A DNA stretch of 64,000 nucleotides. Origin: an uncultured Acidimicrobiia bacterium. Its GTDB lineage: Bacteria; Actinomycetota; Acidimicrobiia; Spongiisociales; Spongiisociaceae. Under the pieces are notes generated by a model. That model was not told where the DNA came from and did no database searches. It saw only the letters and a program-made list of their open reading frames with translations. The stretch is from the NCBI GenBank assembly GCA_958295745.1, contig OY282370.1, positions 1,295,724 to 1,359,723 on the forward strand, written 5' to 3'. The position numbers were made by a program, and so were the translations under genes. Below are positions 18,976 through 27,939 of this stretch, in pieces (positions within the stretch are counted from its first letter, which is position 1; each line of letters starts with the position of its first letter).

Positions 18976-20175
18976 ATGACCGGCGCGCCGTCCAATGCCC
19001 GGACCCGGAAACCGGTTATCAGCCGCCTGGTCCGCGCCGCGGCCCACTCGCCTATCTCCGAGGCGCGCGCCCGGGCGGCCGTCGAGCCTTCCGGCACCGG
19101 CCTTCCCCTCTTGGACGTGGCCCAGGCCACCCCCGGCTATCCGCCCGCGCCAGGGCTGCAGCGGCGGATGGCCGAGCTGGACCATCGAGCGGTCTCCCGC
19201 TACGGGCCGGTCCTGGGCGAGGCGCCGCTGCGCGAGGCGCTCGCCCGGGAGCTGACCTTCGCCTACCGGGCCCCGGTGCGACCGGAACAGGCGGCGATCA
19301 CCGCCGGGGCCAACCAGGCCTTCTGCCTGGCCGTCTCGGTGTTGTGCGAGCCGGGCGACGAGGTGATCCTGCCCATCCCCTACTACTTCAACCACGACAT
19401 GTGGCTGGCCATCAACGGCGTCGAGGCGGTATACCTGCCCTGCTCCGGAGACATGCTTCCCTCCCCGGCGGACGCCGACGCCCTGCTGACGGAACGAACC
19501 AGGGCGGTGGTGCTGGTGACGCCCAACAACCCGACCGGGCGGGTGTACCCCCCCGCCCTCATCTCGGCCTTCGCCGACCTGGCCGCAGAAAGAGGAATCT
19601 GCCTGATCCTGGACGAGACCTACCGGCATTTCCGGAGCACCGCGGAGCCCGCCCATCATCTGTTCAGGGACCCGGACTGGGACCGGCACCTGATACATAT
19701 CGACAGTTTCTCCAAGGTGTACGCCATAACGGGCTACCGGGTGGGGGGCTTGGCCGCCTCCCCCGGCCTGCTCACGGAAGCCGAGAAGGTCGCAGACTGC
19801 CTGACCATCTGCCCCAACCGCCTAGGCCAGGAGGCGGCCCTCTACGGGCTGGGCCGCCTGGAAGGGTGGGTCGAGGAAAACCGCCGGGCGGCGTCCCGCC
19901 GGATCGGGGAGTTCACGAAGACGGCGGGCGGGCGCCCCTACGAAGTGGCCTCGGCGGGCGGCCACTTCGTCTACGTGCGCCATCCTTTCGAGGGGGCGCC
20001 GGCCCGGGAGGTGGCCCAGCGCCTGTACGACGAGCAGGCCGTGTTGGCCCTGTCGGGGGACATGTTCGGCCCCGGCCAGGACCGCTACCTGCGGCTGGCC
20101 TTCGCCAACGTCTCCGACTCCGACGTCCCGGAGCTGGCCCGCCGCCTAGCCGAGAGCGCCCTGATGTTCGCCTAG
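18976..20175 (+). CDS. PLP-dependent aminotransferase (class I/II fold)
   Basis: SFSKVYAITGYRVG lysine motif, and the NPTG box. Confidence 0.75.
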   Translation: MTGAPSNARTRKPVISRLVRAAAHSPISEARARAAVEPSGTGLPLLDVAQATPGYPPAPGLQRRMAELDHRAVSRYGPVLGEAPLREALARELTFAYRAPVRPEQAAITAGANQAFCLAVSVLCEPGDEVILPIPYYFNHDMWLAINGVEAVYLPCSGDMLPSPADADALLTERTRAVVLVTPNNPTGRVYPPALISAFADLAAERGICLILDETYRHFRSTAEPAHHLFRDPDWDRHLIHIDSFSKVYAITGYRVGGLAASPGLLTEAEKVADCLTICPNRLGQEAALYGLGRLEGWVEENRRAASRRIGEFTKTAGGRPYEVASAGGHFVYVRHPFEGAPAREVAQRLYDEQAVLALSGDMFGPGQDRYLRLAFANVSDSDVPELARRLAESALMFA

Positions 20176-20242
20176 GCGCCGGCGGATCGGCGGGATACAA
20201 CCCCTGGCCGGCGAGCGCCGGACCGACAACGGTCGTCGCTGT

Positions 20243-20617
20243 TCAGCTCTCCCCCAGGGCCACCGCGAACACCAGGGCCTCCGTATCCGTGTGGGTGATG
20301 GCGGCCTCGATCCTGGTGACGCCCAGCACGGCCGCCCGGGCGGCCGCGGTCCCGGTCAGCACGACGGCGGGTTTGCCGCCCCCCGTTATCTCGATGTCGG
20401 TCCACCGCAGCTGCCGGTACCCGGTGCCCAGCGACTTCATCACCGCCTCCTTGCCGGCGAACCGGGCCGCATAGCGGCGGGCGGGGAAGGCGAACCGCTC
20501 GGCGTATTCCTGCTCGCCGGGGGTGAAGCAACGCCGGGCGAAGCGCGGGTAGCGGGCCAACAACCGCTCGACCCTGGAGATGTCGGTCAGGTCGACGCCC
20601 AGCCCGACGATGCGCAC
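20243..20617 (-). CDS. acpS: Holo-[acyl-carrier-protein] synthase
   Basis: GTG at 20617 preceded by GGGAGG. Protein begins VRIVGLGVDLTDISRVERLL.., matching the AcpS family. It sits directly 3' of glmS, as in other actinobacteria. Confidence 0.7.
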   Translation of the reverse strand: MRIVGLGVDLTDISRVERLLARYPRFARRCFTPGEQEYAERFAFPARRYAARFAGKEAVMKSLGTGYRQLRWTDIEITGGGKPAVVLTGTAAARAAVLGVTRIEAAITHTDTEALVFAVALGES

Positions 20618-20627
20618 GGACCCTCCC

Positions 20628-22448
20628 TTACTCCACGGTGACGCTCTTGGCCAGGTTCCGCGGCTGGTCGATGTCGCGGCCCAGCAGGCGGGCGGTGTGG
20701 TAGGCGAGCAGCTGGAGCGGAACTGCGGCCAGGATCGGGGACAGCAGATCGGCGGTGCGGGGCACCCGCAGGACACGGTCCGCCACCAGGTCGATCTCTT
20801 CGTCGCCCTCGTAGGCCACGGCTATGACCATGGCGCCCCGGGCCTTCACCTCCTGGAGGCTCAGCAGCAGCTTGCCGTATAAGTTCTGCTGGGTGGCCAC
20901 CGCCACCACCGGGGTGCCTTCGTCGACCAGCGCCAGCGTGCCGTGCTTCAGCTCCCCTGCGGGCATGGCCTCCGCATGTATATAGGAGATCTCCTTGAGC
21001 TTGAGGGCGCCCTCCATAGCGCTCGCGTAGTCGAGTCCCCGGCCTATGTAGTAGACGCTGGACGCTCCGGCCAGCTCTCCGGCCAGCAGGCGAAAGGGAT
21101 CCTGATCAGCGAGGACGCGGGCCGCCTTGTCGGAGAGGGAGTGCAGCTCTTCGACCAGCTTCCGCTCCTGGTCGGGGCCGGTGACGCCCCGCGACCGCCC
21201 CAGCCGGAGGGCCAGCAGGCATTCCCCCACCAGCATGGCCAGGTAGGCCTTGGTGGAGGCGACGGATATCTCCGGCCCCGCCCACGTGTAGAGGACTTCG
21301 TCCGCTTCCCGGGCCAGGCTGGACCCCACCACGTTGGTGAGGGCCAGCAGGCGGGAACCGCGCCGGCGGGCCAGCTTGGCGGCGGCCAGCGTGTCGGCGG
21401 TTTCACCGGACTGGCTGACGGCGAGCGTCAGGGAGCGGTCCCCGATGAGAGGATTCGAATAGCGCAGCTCGTGGGCGTATGCCACCTCGGTCGGCACGGC
21501 GGCCAGCCGCTCGAACATGGTCCGCCCGACCAGGCCGGCGTGGTAGGCGGTGCCGCAGGCGGTGATCCATATCTTCTGCACGTCCGCCGGATCGCCTTCC
21601 GCCCATGACAGGTCGGCCAGCGCCTTGCCGCCGTGGATGCGGCCGCCGAGGGTGCGGGCGATCACCTCGGGCTGTTCGTGTATCTCCTTGAGCATGAAGT
21701 GGGCGAAACCGGCTTTCTGAACCGATTCGTTGTCCCATTCGGCGGTAAAGGAGCGCCGCTCGACGGGACGGCCTTCGAGGGTCTCGATCCGGGCGCCGTC
21801 CCTGGTCACCTCGGCTATCTCACCGTCTTCGATGATCAGGAACTCGCGGGTGTAGTCCAGCACCGCCGGCATGTCGGAGGCCAGGAAGGTCTCCCCCTCT
21901 CCGAGTCCCACCACCAGAGGGCTGATCATCCGGGCCGCCACGATCCGGCCCGGTTCGCGGGAGGTCATCGCCACCAAGGCGTAGGCCCCGGAGGCCCGGC
22001 GCACCGCCCGGCGGACGGCTTCCTTCAGGTCTCCTTCGTACTCGAGGGCCAGCAGATGGGCAAGCACCTCCGTGTCGGTCTCGGAGCGGAACCCGACTCC
22101 GGCGCCCTCCAGCTCGCTCCGCAGGGCCCGGAAGTTCTCCACGATCCCGTTGTGCACCACCACGAAATCGCCTGTGTTGTCGCTGTGAGGGTGGGCGTTG
22201 CGGTCGGAAGGCGCCCCGTGGGTGGCCCAGCGGGTGTGCCCGATGCCTGCACGGCCGGGAAGCGGCGCCTCCTCCAAGCGGGCCAGCAGCCGATCGAGCT
22301 TGCCTTCGGCCTTCGATATGGCCACCGACCCGTTGTGGGCCACGGCGAGGCCGGCCGAGTCGTAACCCCGGTATTCCAGACGGCGCAACCCGTGGACCAG
22401 AACTTCCTGCGCCGGCCGGGGACCCACATAGCCGACGATCCCGCACAT
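20628..22448 (-). CDS. glmS: Glutamine--fructose-6-phosphate aminotransferase
   Basis: MCGIVGYVG N-terminus (catalytic Cys2) and two SIS domains. GGAGG lies 8 nt upstream of the ATG at 22448. Confidence 0.9.
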   Translation of the reverse strand: MCGIVGYVGPRPAQEVLVHGLRRLEYRGYDSAGLAVAHNGSVAISKAEGKLDRLLARLEEAPLPGRAGIGHTRWATHGAPSDRNAHPHSDNTGDFVVVHNGIVENFRALRSELEGAGVGFRSETDTEVLAHLLALEYEGDLKEAVRRAVRRASGAYALVAMTSREPGRIVAARMISPLVVGLGEGETFLASDMPAVLDYTREFLIIEDGEIAEVTRDGARIETLEGRPVERRSFTAEWDNESVQKAGFAHFMLKEIHEQPEVIARTLGGRIHGGKALADLSWAEGDPADVQKIWITACGTAYHAGLVGRTMFERLAAVPTEVAYAHELRYSNPLIGDRSLTLAVSQSGETADTLAAAKLARRRGSRLLALTNVVGSSLAREADEVLYTWAGPEISVASTKAYLAMLVGECLLALRLGRSRGVTGPDQERKLVEELHSLSDKAARVLADQDPFRLLAGELAGASSVYYIGRGLDYASAMEGALKLKEISYIHAEAMPAGELKHGTLALVDEGTPVVAVATQQNLYGKLLLSLQEVKARGAMVIAVAYEGDEEIDLVADRVLRVPRTADLLSPILAAVPLQLLAYHTARLLGRDIDQPRNLAKSVTVE

Positions 22449-22916
22449 GTGCGCCTCCAACCCACTCGTTCGACAACCACGGTAGACACTACTAGGGACA
22501 GGGCGGCATATAGCGTCTCACGGCAGGCCGGTGCGGACGGTCAAGCGCTGTCTGCCCCAAGGGTTCGGGGCAACCCGTTTCCGAGGAAGGCGGCCCCTGC
22601 CCACCCTCCTACTCACAGAACCCGCCTTCGCTCGGCATCCTGCAGGTCAGTCTCGTCGTTGCCGTAAAGCGCCTGGCCAATCGGGGTCGGTAAAACCGGG
22701 CTTCGCACCTCGAGAACGCGAAAAACGACCCACCTCCGCCCCCTTCGGGCCCGGCCCCCACCTCCTCCACTCCGTTTGAACGGTCGTCTTGGGCGTGCGG
22801 GGCTTGGGAACCCTCGGCGCTCAACACGACCTGGAATGATCACCGCCCTCCGGAGCAGAAGTGATATTTGTGATATCGGTATATATTGTTATACAACATT
22901 CTTGGGACAAGTTCAA
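22449..22916 (-). promoter_or_regulatory. glmS promoter plus about 430-nt structured leader (element copy C)
   Basis: Minus-strand -35 TTGAAC (22911-22916), 17-nt spacer, -10 TATAAC (22888-22893), with the shared upstream GAACAAGGGT motif. The 5' hairpin ATCACTTCTGC..GCGGTGATCAT is shared with copy D. GGGCCGGGCCCGAAGGGGG is present, and the GAGAACGCGAAAAACG box appears in inverted orientation (plus-strand 22712-22727). Confidence 0.45.
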
Positions 22917-22944
22917 GACCCTTGTTCGAAATCTCTTCGGTTTT

Positions 22945-24357
22945 TCAGCCGAGCTCGCCTGCCACGACTTCTGACAGCTCCAGGGCGGTCGAACGGGCCG
23001 TCTCCATGGTGGGGGCCTCGACCATCACCCTGACCACGGGTTCGGTGCCCGAAGCTCGAACCAGGATCCGCCCGTCTTCGCCCAGCTCCGCTTCGGCGGC
23101 CCGAACCGCCTTCCACACCCGGGCCGCCCCGTCCAGGTCCTTGGACCGGACCGGCACGTTCTCCAAGACCTGAGGGAACTCGACGAGAGCCTCCCTGCGC
23201 AGGTCGCGTATCGGGCGCCCGGCGGCCGCCGCCACCTCCAGAAGCCGGACGGCGGTGCGCAGCCCGTCCCCGGTACGGGCCCGATCTAGCTGGATCACAT
23301 GGCCGGACTGCTCCCCGCCCAGGAAAGCCCCATGCCGCAACATCGCCTCCAGCACGTACCTGTCGCCCACCCGGGTCTCGATCAGCTCGATGCCTTCCCG
23401 GCGCATGGCCCGGCGGAACCCCAGGTTGGACATGACGGTGGCCACCACCCGGTCGAGGCGCCCCAGGCGTCGCAGGTGACGGGCGATGACGGCCAGGATC
23501 ACGTCGCCGTTGGCGGCCGCACCGTCCTCGTCCACCACGATCAGGCGATCGGCGTCCCCGTCGAAACACAGCCCGATCCGCCCTCCGGCCGCCGCGGCCA
23601 GGCTCTCCGGGCAGGTGGCCCCGCACCCGTCGTTGATGTTCATGCCGTCCGGCGCCCCGAAGTACTCCTCCACGTCGGCGCCGAGTTCTTCGAACAGGCG
23701 CCTAGCCGCGCCCGAAGCCGCCCCGTTGGCGCAGTCGAGGGCCAGCCGGAGGTCTGCCAGCCCGCCCGCAGGGGTCTGGCGGAGGATGCCTTCCAGATAA
23801 CGATCGACCGCATCCGGGAAGGGACGGCGGAGGCCGATGCCCGCCCCGGTCGGCGCCTTCCAAGGCCCTCCCTTTTCCAGCCGGCTCTCGATCTCCCCCT
23901 CTGCGCCGTCGTCCAGCTTGCCGCCCCGCTCGTCGAAGAACTTGAAACCGTTGTCGGGGGCGGGATTGTGGGAGGCCGACACCATCACCCCGAGGCGGGC
24001 GCCCAGATCGGAGACCAGATCCGACACCCCGCCCACCGGAACGACCCCCGCATCGATGGTGTTCACCCCCACCGAATGGAAGCCGGCCTGCAGCCCGGCG
24101 CCGAGCATCTCCCCGGAGCGGCGGGTGTCGCGCCCCACCAGGACCGCCCCTCCGCCGATCAGCTCGCCGGCCGCCCGGCCCAAATCGAACGCCAAGGGCA
24201 CGCCGAGGTCGAGATTGGCCACCCCTCGGATGCCGTCGGTGCCGAACAGTCGGCGGGATCGGACGGGCCCGGAAGTCGGGGCCCCTGGAAGAACGTCTGG
24301 CTCCGCCGATTGCGGCCCCTGTCGGCCTGCCCCTCGGCGCCCAGGTATTTCAGTCAT
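22945..24357 (-). CDS. glmM: Phosphoglucosamine mutase
   Basis: ..LFGTDGIRG.., the active-site region SASHNPAPDNG and the ..GDGDADR.. motif. The N-terminal approximately 25 aa may be an extension, because the start is uncertain. Confidence 0.85.
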   Translation of the reverse strand: MTEIPGRRGAGRQGPQSAEPDVLPGAPTSGPVRSRRLFGTDGIRGVANLDLGVPLAFDLGRAAGELIGGGAVLVGRDTRRSGEMLGAGLQAGFHSVGVNTIDAGVVPVGGVSDLVSDLGARLGVMVSASHNPAPDNGFKFFDERGGKLDDGAEGEIESRLEKGGPWKAPTGAGIGLRRPFPDAVDRYLEGILRQTPAGGLADLRLALDCANGAASGAARRLFEELGADVEEYFGAPDGMNINDGCGATCPESLAAAAGGRIGLCFDGDADRLIVVDEDGAAANGDVILAVIARHLRRLGRLDRVVATVMSNLGFRRAMRREGIELIETRVGDRYVLEAMLRHGAFLGGEQSGHVIQLDRARTGDGLRTAVRLLEVAAAAGRPIRDLRREALVEFPQVLENVPVRSKDLDGAARVWKAVRAAEAELGEDGRILVRASGTEPVVRVMVEAPTMETARSTALELSEVVAGELG

Positions 24358-24405
24358 CGACCGACGGCCGCCGTCGTCTTGCGGCGCCCTCCCCGAATAT
24401 CACAC

Positions 24406-24798
24406 CTAGCGCTTGGTGTACTGGGGCGCCCGTCTGGCTTTGCGGAGACCGTACTTCTTGCGCTCCACTACCCGCGCATCCCTGGTGAGCATCCCGGCCT
24501 TCTTCAGGGACATGCGCAGATCGGGGTCGATTTCGATCAGTCCGCGGGCGATGCCCAGGCGCAGGGCGTCGGCTTGGCCGTTGGTCCCGCCTCCGTGCAA
24601 CCTGGCCACTATGTCGTAGCGGCCTTCCACGTTGGCCACCCGCAGGGGCTCGAGCACCCGCATGCGCCGGGCCAAGGTCGGGAAATAGTTCTCCAAGGGC
24701 CGATCGTTGAGGGTCATCACGCCGCTGCCGTTGTAGAAGCGAACCTGCGCCACCGACTCCTTGCGGCGGCCCGTGGCCTGTACCAAAGGCTTGTTCAT
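24406..24798 (-). CDS. rpsI: 30S ribosomal protein S9
   Basis: 130 aa ending ..RRAPQYTKR. The ATG at 24798 overlaps the rplM stop. Confidence 0.9.
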   Translation of the reverse strand: MNKPLVQATGRRKESVAQVRFYNGSGVMTLNDRPLENYFPTLARRMRVLEPLRVANVEGRYDIVARLHGGGTNGQADALRLGIARGLIEIDPDLRMSLKKAGMLTRDARVVERKKYGLRKARRAPQYTKR

Positions 24799-25259
24799 CA
24801 GGAACCCACCTTCCGGAGACCCAGGTCGAGCACCTCGGGGTTCTGGGCCTGGTGCGGATGCTCGGAGCCCGGGTAGACCTTCAGTTTGCGGATCATCCGC
24901 CGACCCAGCCTGTTCTTGGGCAGCATGCCCCGCACGGCCCGCTCGATCACCGCCTCCGGGCGGCGGCTGATCAGGCTCTCGAAGGATTCCTCCTTGAGGC
25001 CGCCCGGGTAACCGGAGTGCCGGTAGTAGATCTTGTCCCGGCTCTTGTTGGAGGAGACCGCCACCTTCTCGGCGTTCACCACCACCACGAAATCCCCCCC
25101 GTCCACGTGGGGGGCGTAGGTCGGCTTGACCTTGCCGGAGAGGATCGGGGCGAGGCGCGAGGCCAAGCGGCCCAACGGCGCATCGGCGGCGTCCACCACG
25201 TACCAACGGCGTTGGACTTCGGCCGGTTTCGGCGAATAGGTCTTGAGTCTGTTCACCAT
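24798..25259 (-). CDS. rplM: 50S ribosomal protein L13
   Basis: ..[18 protein letters not shown].. is a typical L13 N-terminus. Confidence 0.9.
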   Translation of the reverse strand: MVNRLKTYSPKPAEVQRRWYVVDAADAPLGRLASRLAPILSGKVKPTYAPHVDGGDFVVVVNAEKVAVSSNKSRDKIYYRHSGYPGGLKEESFESLISRRPEAVIERAVRGMLPKNRLGRRMIRKLKVYPGSEHPHQAQNPEVLDLGLRKVGS

Positions 25260-25265
25260 CCCATC

Positions 25266-26024
25266 CTAACGGTGCTCGTTCCCGAACGCCACATCGTAGT
25301 CCACCCGCCACAACACCAAACCGTGGGGCGGCGCCGCGCCCCGGGCCGCGTTCCGGTCCCGGGCTTCGAGCACCCTCACGGCCTCCTCCGGCGCCAGCCG
25401 CCCCCTGCCCACCTCGACGGAGAAGGCGGCGATCGACCTGACCATCTGATGGCAGAAGGCCAATCCTTCGATCTCCAGGCAGAGCAGTCCGTCGGGCAGG
25501 CGCCGCCAACCGGCCGACGTCACGGTGCGGACCGTCGAGCGGCCCTCGGCCTTGCGGCAGAATGAGGCGAAGTCGTGCTCCCCCACGAAATATCCGGCCG
25601 TTTCGTTCATCGAGGCCGCGTCCAGCGGGTGCGCGACGTGCCAGACGGTGAAGCGGCGCAGAGGGTCGGGGTGGGGCCGGTCGAGTATCCGGTACCGGTA
25701 GGTGCGTCGGGCGGCGTCGAACCGGGCCGAGAACCCGTCGGGGACCCGCCGGCAGCGGTAGACGACCACTTCGGGGCCGAGCAGCCTCGTCAGGGAGAAG
25801 GGCAGTCGGCGGCAGTCGACCGGCGTCTCGGTGTGAAACGAAACAACCTGATGGCGGGCGTGCACCCCGGCGTCGGTGCGGCCCGCCACCGCGGTGCTGA
25901 CCGGTTCGAGGATGCGGGCCAGGGCGGCTTCCAGCTCTCCCTGCACGGTGCGCACGTCCGGTTGCCGAGCGTAGCCGCGGAACCCGGATCCGTCGTAGGA
26001 CAGGTCGAGGCGGTAGGTGGGCAT
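25266..26024 (-). CDS. truA: tRNA pseudouridine(38-40) synthase
   Basis: ..GRTDAGVHA.. carries the catalytic Asp. The gene sits between rplQ and rplM, as in other actinobacteria. Confidence 0.85.
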   Translation of the reverse strand: MPTYRLDLSYDGSGFRGYARQPDVRTVQGELEAALARILEPVSTAVAGRTDAGVHARHQVVSFHTETPVDCRRLPFSLTRLLGPEVVVYRCRRVPDGFSARFDAARRTYRYRILDRPHPDPLRRFTVWHVAHPLDAASMNETAGYFVGEHDFASFCRKAEGRSTVRTVTSAGWRRLPDGLLCLEIEGLAFCHQMVRSIAAFSVEVGRGRLAPEEAVRVLEARDRNAARGAAPPHGLVLWRVDYDVAFGNEHR

Positions 26025-26043
26025 CGATCTACCCGGTGGCCAC

Positions 26044-26568
26044 TCAGACGGCGGCCGGGAACAGAATCGTCCCTATGTACCAGCCGAGGACGCCGGCGGC
26101 GGCGAGGAAGCTGTTGCGGGGGTGCCTCATATCGAAAAGGGCGTCCGCCACCACCCGCAGGGCCAGGAAGAACCATAGGAGCGACAGGGCGAGCAGAGGT
26201 ATGCGCAACAGGTCCGCCCAGACCGCCGCTATCAGCGGGAGGAAGGCGACGTGGGCGAACCCGACCAACCGGAAGGCCGAGGCCAGACTGCCGTAGCGCT
26301 TGAACAAGTGGACGCCCGCCGCCCAGACCGCCCCGGCGGCCAAGCCCGCCCGCACGATGCTCCACAGCGCCGCCGACGCCGCAGCGACCACCGACGGGGC
26401 GGCCAGCACGGGGAGCACCGAGACGAGGACGATGACCACCACCGCGTTGCCGGTGGCGTAGTTGTCATGGCGCAACGACGTGTAGAAGGACCTGTCTAGC
26501 CGCCCTGCGCTGAAGATCTGACCGAACACGGCACCTCGCACCGAAGACTCGGCAGAGGCTACCAGCAC
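26044..26568 (-). CDS. Integral membrane protein, Yip1-domain-like (hypothetical)
   Basis: 174 aa with 4-5 predicted TM helices and no recognisable catalytic motif. Confidence 0.45.
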   Translation of the reverse strand: MLVASAESSVRGAVFGQIFSAGRLDRSFYTSLRHDNYATGNAVVVIVLVSVLPVLAAPSVVAAASAALWSIVRAGLAAGAVWAAGVHLFKRYGSLASAFRLVGFAHVAFLPLIAAVWADLLRIPLLALSLLWFFLALRVVADALFDMRHPRNSFLAAAGVLGWYIGTILFPAAV

Positions 26569-26575
26569 AAGGGTA

Positions 26576-27154
26576 TTGACTTGTCGCAGCTACTCGATAT
26601 GATGATAACTGTAGAACAATACAAACATCACTTCCGCAGTCCGGACAGCGGTGATCATATGAGCGAGTCCCGCACCGGGACGAGCAAAACTAGCTGTGCC
26701 GAGACGGATAGGGCACGGAGAGGGAACACGCCCTCTCGCCCCTGAGACGGTGGATTGGCGGCGGCGGGGTGGGGCCCGGCGAAGCCGGGGATTTGGCGGG
26801 GAGAACGCGAAAACCGGCGGCTGGCGGGGGGCAACACCGGAAGGACGGGGCTTGGTTCAACGGTGGGGCGGTCGAAGCGACCTAACCTTGCGCCTACCGC
26901 AGATGCACTCTCGAAAGGCTCGGCTACCTACGATCCCGTCCTACCGAGGCCGCCTTGAGAACCCAACCCGGTTTCGGCCCGACCAAGGCCTTTCCAAAGC
27001 GTCGTGGGCGACGCCAGCGGCCCCCGGGCAGGCCGGCTCGGCGTCGGCCGCCGGGCAGGGGAGCCCCAACTCGACGATGGGTGTTACCACCCGGACGGCG
27101 GATGATCCGTCCTGAGGTCGCTTCGATGGGGCGTCCGTTGGTCATGGCAAGAAT
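26576..27154 (+). promoter_or_regulatory. Promoter plus about 550-nt structured leader (element copy D) in front of the low-GC two-gene module
   Basis: -35 TTGACT (26576-26581), -10 TATGAT (26598-26603), upstream ACAAGGGTATTG. 5' hairpin ATCACTTCCGC..GCGGTGATCAT. Core TAGCTGTGCCGAGACGGATAGGGCAC...GGCCCGGCGAAGCCGG...GAGAACGCGAAAACCG at 26693-26816. Confidence 0.45.
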
Positions 27155-27376
27155 TTGGCTTCGGTGTATATGCTCTCCCAAGACGACAAGGGGAACGGGA
27201 TGGTTGTCGTAATAAACCTAACGGAAGAGGAACTGTGGAAGCGGATCGATCCCTCGCTCGAGGACTTGGGGATGACACGTGACCGGTTCATCGCCGAAGG
27301 GAGAAACGACACTCTTGAAGACCCGCAGCTCCGGGACCTCTGGATCGTATACGGGGCGATGTTGACAGAGGAATGA
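27155..27376 (+). CDS. Small acidic hypothetical protein (candidate antitoxin/immunity-like partner)
   Basis: ORF of 73 aa. An internal ATG at 27200 is preceded by AAGGGGAACGGG, giving an alternative 58-aa protein. Region is about 50-55% GC by eye. Overlaps the next ORF by ATGA. Confidence 0.4.
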   Translation: MASVYMLSQDDKGNGMVVVINLTEEELWKRIDPSLEDLGMTRDRFIAEGRNDTLEDPQLRDLWIVYGAMLTEE

Positions 27377-27939
27377 ACGATTCGAAGCTCTGGATCCTTG
27401 CTCGAGAGTTTGCAGAAGATCTAAACAACAACCTCATGGCAAGGGTTCTGGGTGTCGGTGATGCTCTCCGGGTTACCGGCAAGGGTAAAGATAAAGTCTC
27501 CATAGAAACAACGGGGGTTGACTCTCGAGAGAAACCTGGGTTGCCCCTGATGCGGGCGTCTGATGAAACCCCGTCCCTGTTTCTTCGGGTCGGGTTCAGG
27601 CTCATGCTCGATTCGCAGAACGAGTTCCTGAAAGTCGATAGTTCCATCTTCGGACTGTGGGTCAAGACACCTGATCGCAACCTCCCGCGGCCTTTCGTGC
27701 GGGTCGAGTACGACCGGAGAAAGAGGCGGGCCTCGGCGGCGCATATACAGATACACGCCGAGTCGAAGGATCTGAAGTGGATCGACCAGTCTGCCGGGAG
27801 GACCCCCCGGCAGACAAGCGGGTCAGACCAGCTCTATCTGGGCCATCTCGGCGTTGTCGCCGCGCCGGGGGCCCAACTTGACGATGCGGGTGTAACCGCC
27901 CGGGCGGCGGTTGTAGCGGGGCGCCACCTCGTCGAATAG
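27373..27939 (+). CDS. Basic hypothetical protein (188 aa as drawn; C-terminal about 40 aa overlap the rplQ 3' end on the opposite strand)
   Basis: Low-GC ORF, translationally coupled to the upstream small ORF. Has a basic patch (RRKRR). I found no match to a family I recognise. The last 117 nt run antisense through high-GC rplQ sequence, so the functional C-terminus is uncertain. Confidence 0.4.
   Translation: MNDSKLWILAREFAEDLNNNLMARVLGVGDALRVTGKGKDKVSIETTGVDSREKPGLPLMRASDETPSLFLRVGFRLMLDSQNEFLKVDSSIFGLWVKTPDRNLPRPFVRVEYDRRKRRASAAHIQIHAESKDLKWIDQSAGRTPRQTSGSDQLYLGHLGVVAAPGAQLDDAGVTARAAVVAGRHLVE

Noticed and set aside
18262-19698. A 478-aa minus-strand ORF
   Set aside because: Antisense to the aminotransferase gene. 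The aminotransferase carries the PLP-lysine motif.
20203-20216. A CCGGCGAGCGCCGG hairpin between the convergent aminotransferase and acpS genes, as a possible bidirectional terminator
   Set aside because: The stem is short, has a 2-4 nt loop and no flanking U/A tract. It is not convincing as an intrinsic terminator.
22449-22700. A possible glmS ribozyme in the glmS leader
   Set aside because: Only scattered short words match (GGCGCUU, GACGAG, GGAUGCC). The P1 cleavage hairpin and the ordered core are not present. A CM search is still worth running.
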